DNA of 64,000 bases, from positions 1,222,831 to 1,286,830 of the forward strand of contig CM082578.2 of NCBI GenBank assembly GCA_040954595.2, in the 5' to 3' direction. Source of the DNA: Balanoglossus misakiensis (taxonomy: Eukaryota; Animalia; Hemichordata). The notes beneath the pieces were generated by a model that made no database searches, was not told the DNA's origin, and worked only from the letters and a program-made list of their open reading frames with translations. Every line of letters begins with the position of its first letter. Position 1 is the first letter of the stretch. A program made the translations under genes and the position numbers. Below, in pieces: positions 63,847 to 64,000 of this stretch.

Positions 63847-64000
63847 CTGCTGTCTGCAGTGAACCAGAGAGTATTGATCATGGCAGCTACGAGGTCAACG
63901 ATCCCAACTACAACTATCAGAGTGAAGTGACCTATAGTTGTGACATTGGATACAACTTATATGGTAGCCATGTCAGAGTGTGTACCTACAGCAGTCAAGA
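63847..64000 (+). CDS. uif-like exon: sushi/CCP 6 (cut by window end)
   Basis: AVCSEPESIDHG..YQSEVTYSCDIGYNLYG..RVC. Confidence 0.85.

Larger units (their letters stand above)
44106..64000 (+). pseudogene. uif: Uninflatable-like multidomain gene (CTL, LDLa, 3 CUB, 4 sushi, 2 EGF-Ca, 2+ sushi), partial, with two disabling lesions
   Basis: 16 GT-AG exons; domain order matches Drosophila Uninflatable as I recall it, including an NGTGGFYLPPGETG..DVYTFNQSCV insert after EGF; frameshift ~44780 and TAA at 59559; 5' exons not found. Confidence 0.7.

Overview
AT-rich, intron-containing animal genomic DNA; a marine invertebrate is my inference, not shown by the sequence. Four zones. (1) 1-23.4 kb: tandem repeats and a ~19-kb nested inverted-repeat structure (arms ~4650-10218 and ~18538-23415) whose spacer holds a decayed 3-exon secreted pentraxin-like gene. 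(2) ~25.7-43.6 kb: an ISL2EU/PIF-Harbinger-type DNA transposon with two convergent spliced genes, SWIM-YqaJ exonuclease (+) and THAP-DDE_Tnp_4 transposase (-). (3) Inserted in the SWIM-YqaJ gene, a ~9.6-kb AcademX-like element with one intact, intronless 2513-codon ORF. Besides the expected DDE core, XPG/FEN1-like nuclease and Cys-rich tail, it has a multi-hydrophobic N-terminus, a ubiquitin-like domain ending in RGG, and an OTU protease domain inside the DDE core. This suggests a self-cleaving, possibly membrane-tethered transposase and is the top candidate novelty. (4) 44-64 kb: 16 exons of an uninflatable-like gene (CTL-LDLa-3xCUB-sushi-EGF) with a frameshift and a nonsense codon; its introns are full of MITEs, including a 4.36-kb palindromic Academ-type element. 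All calls come from reading motifs by eye; no searches were run.
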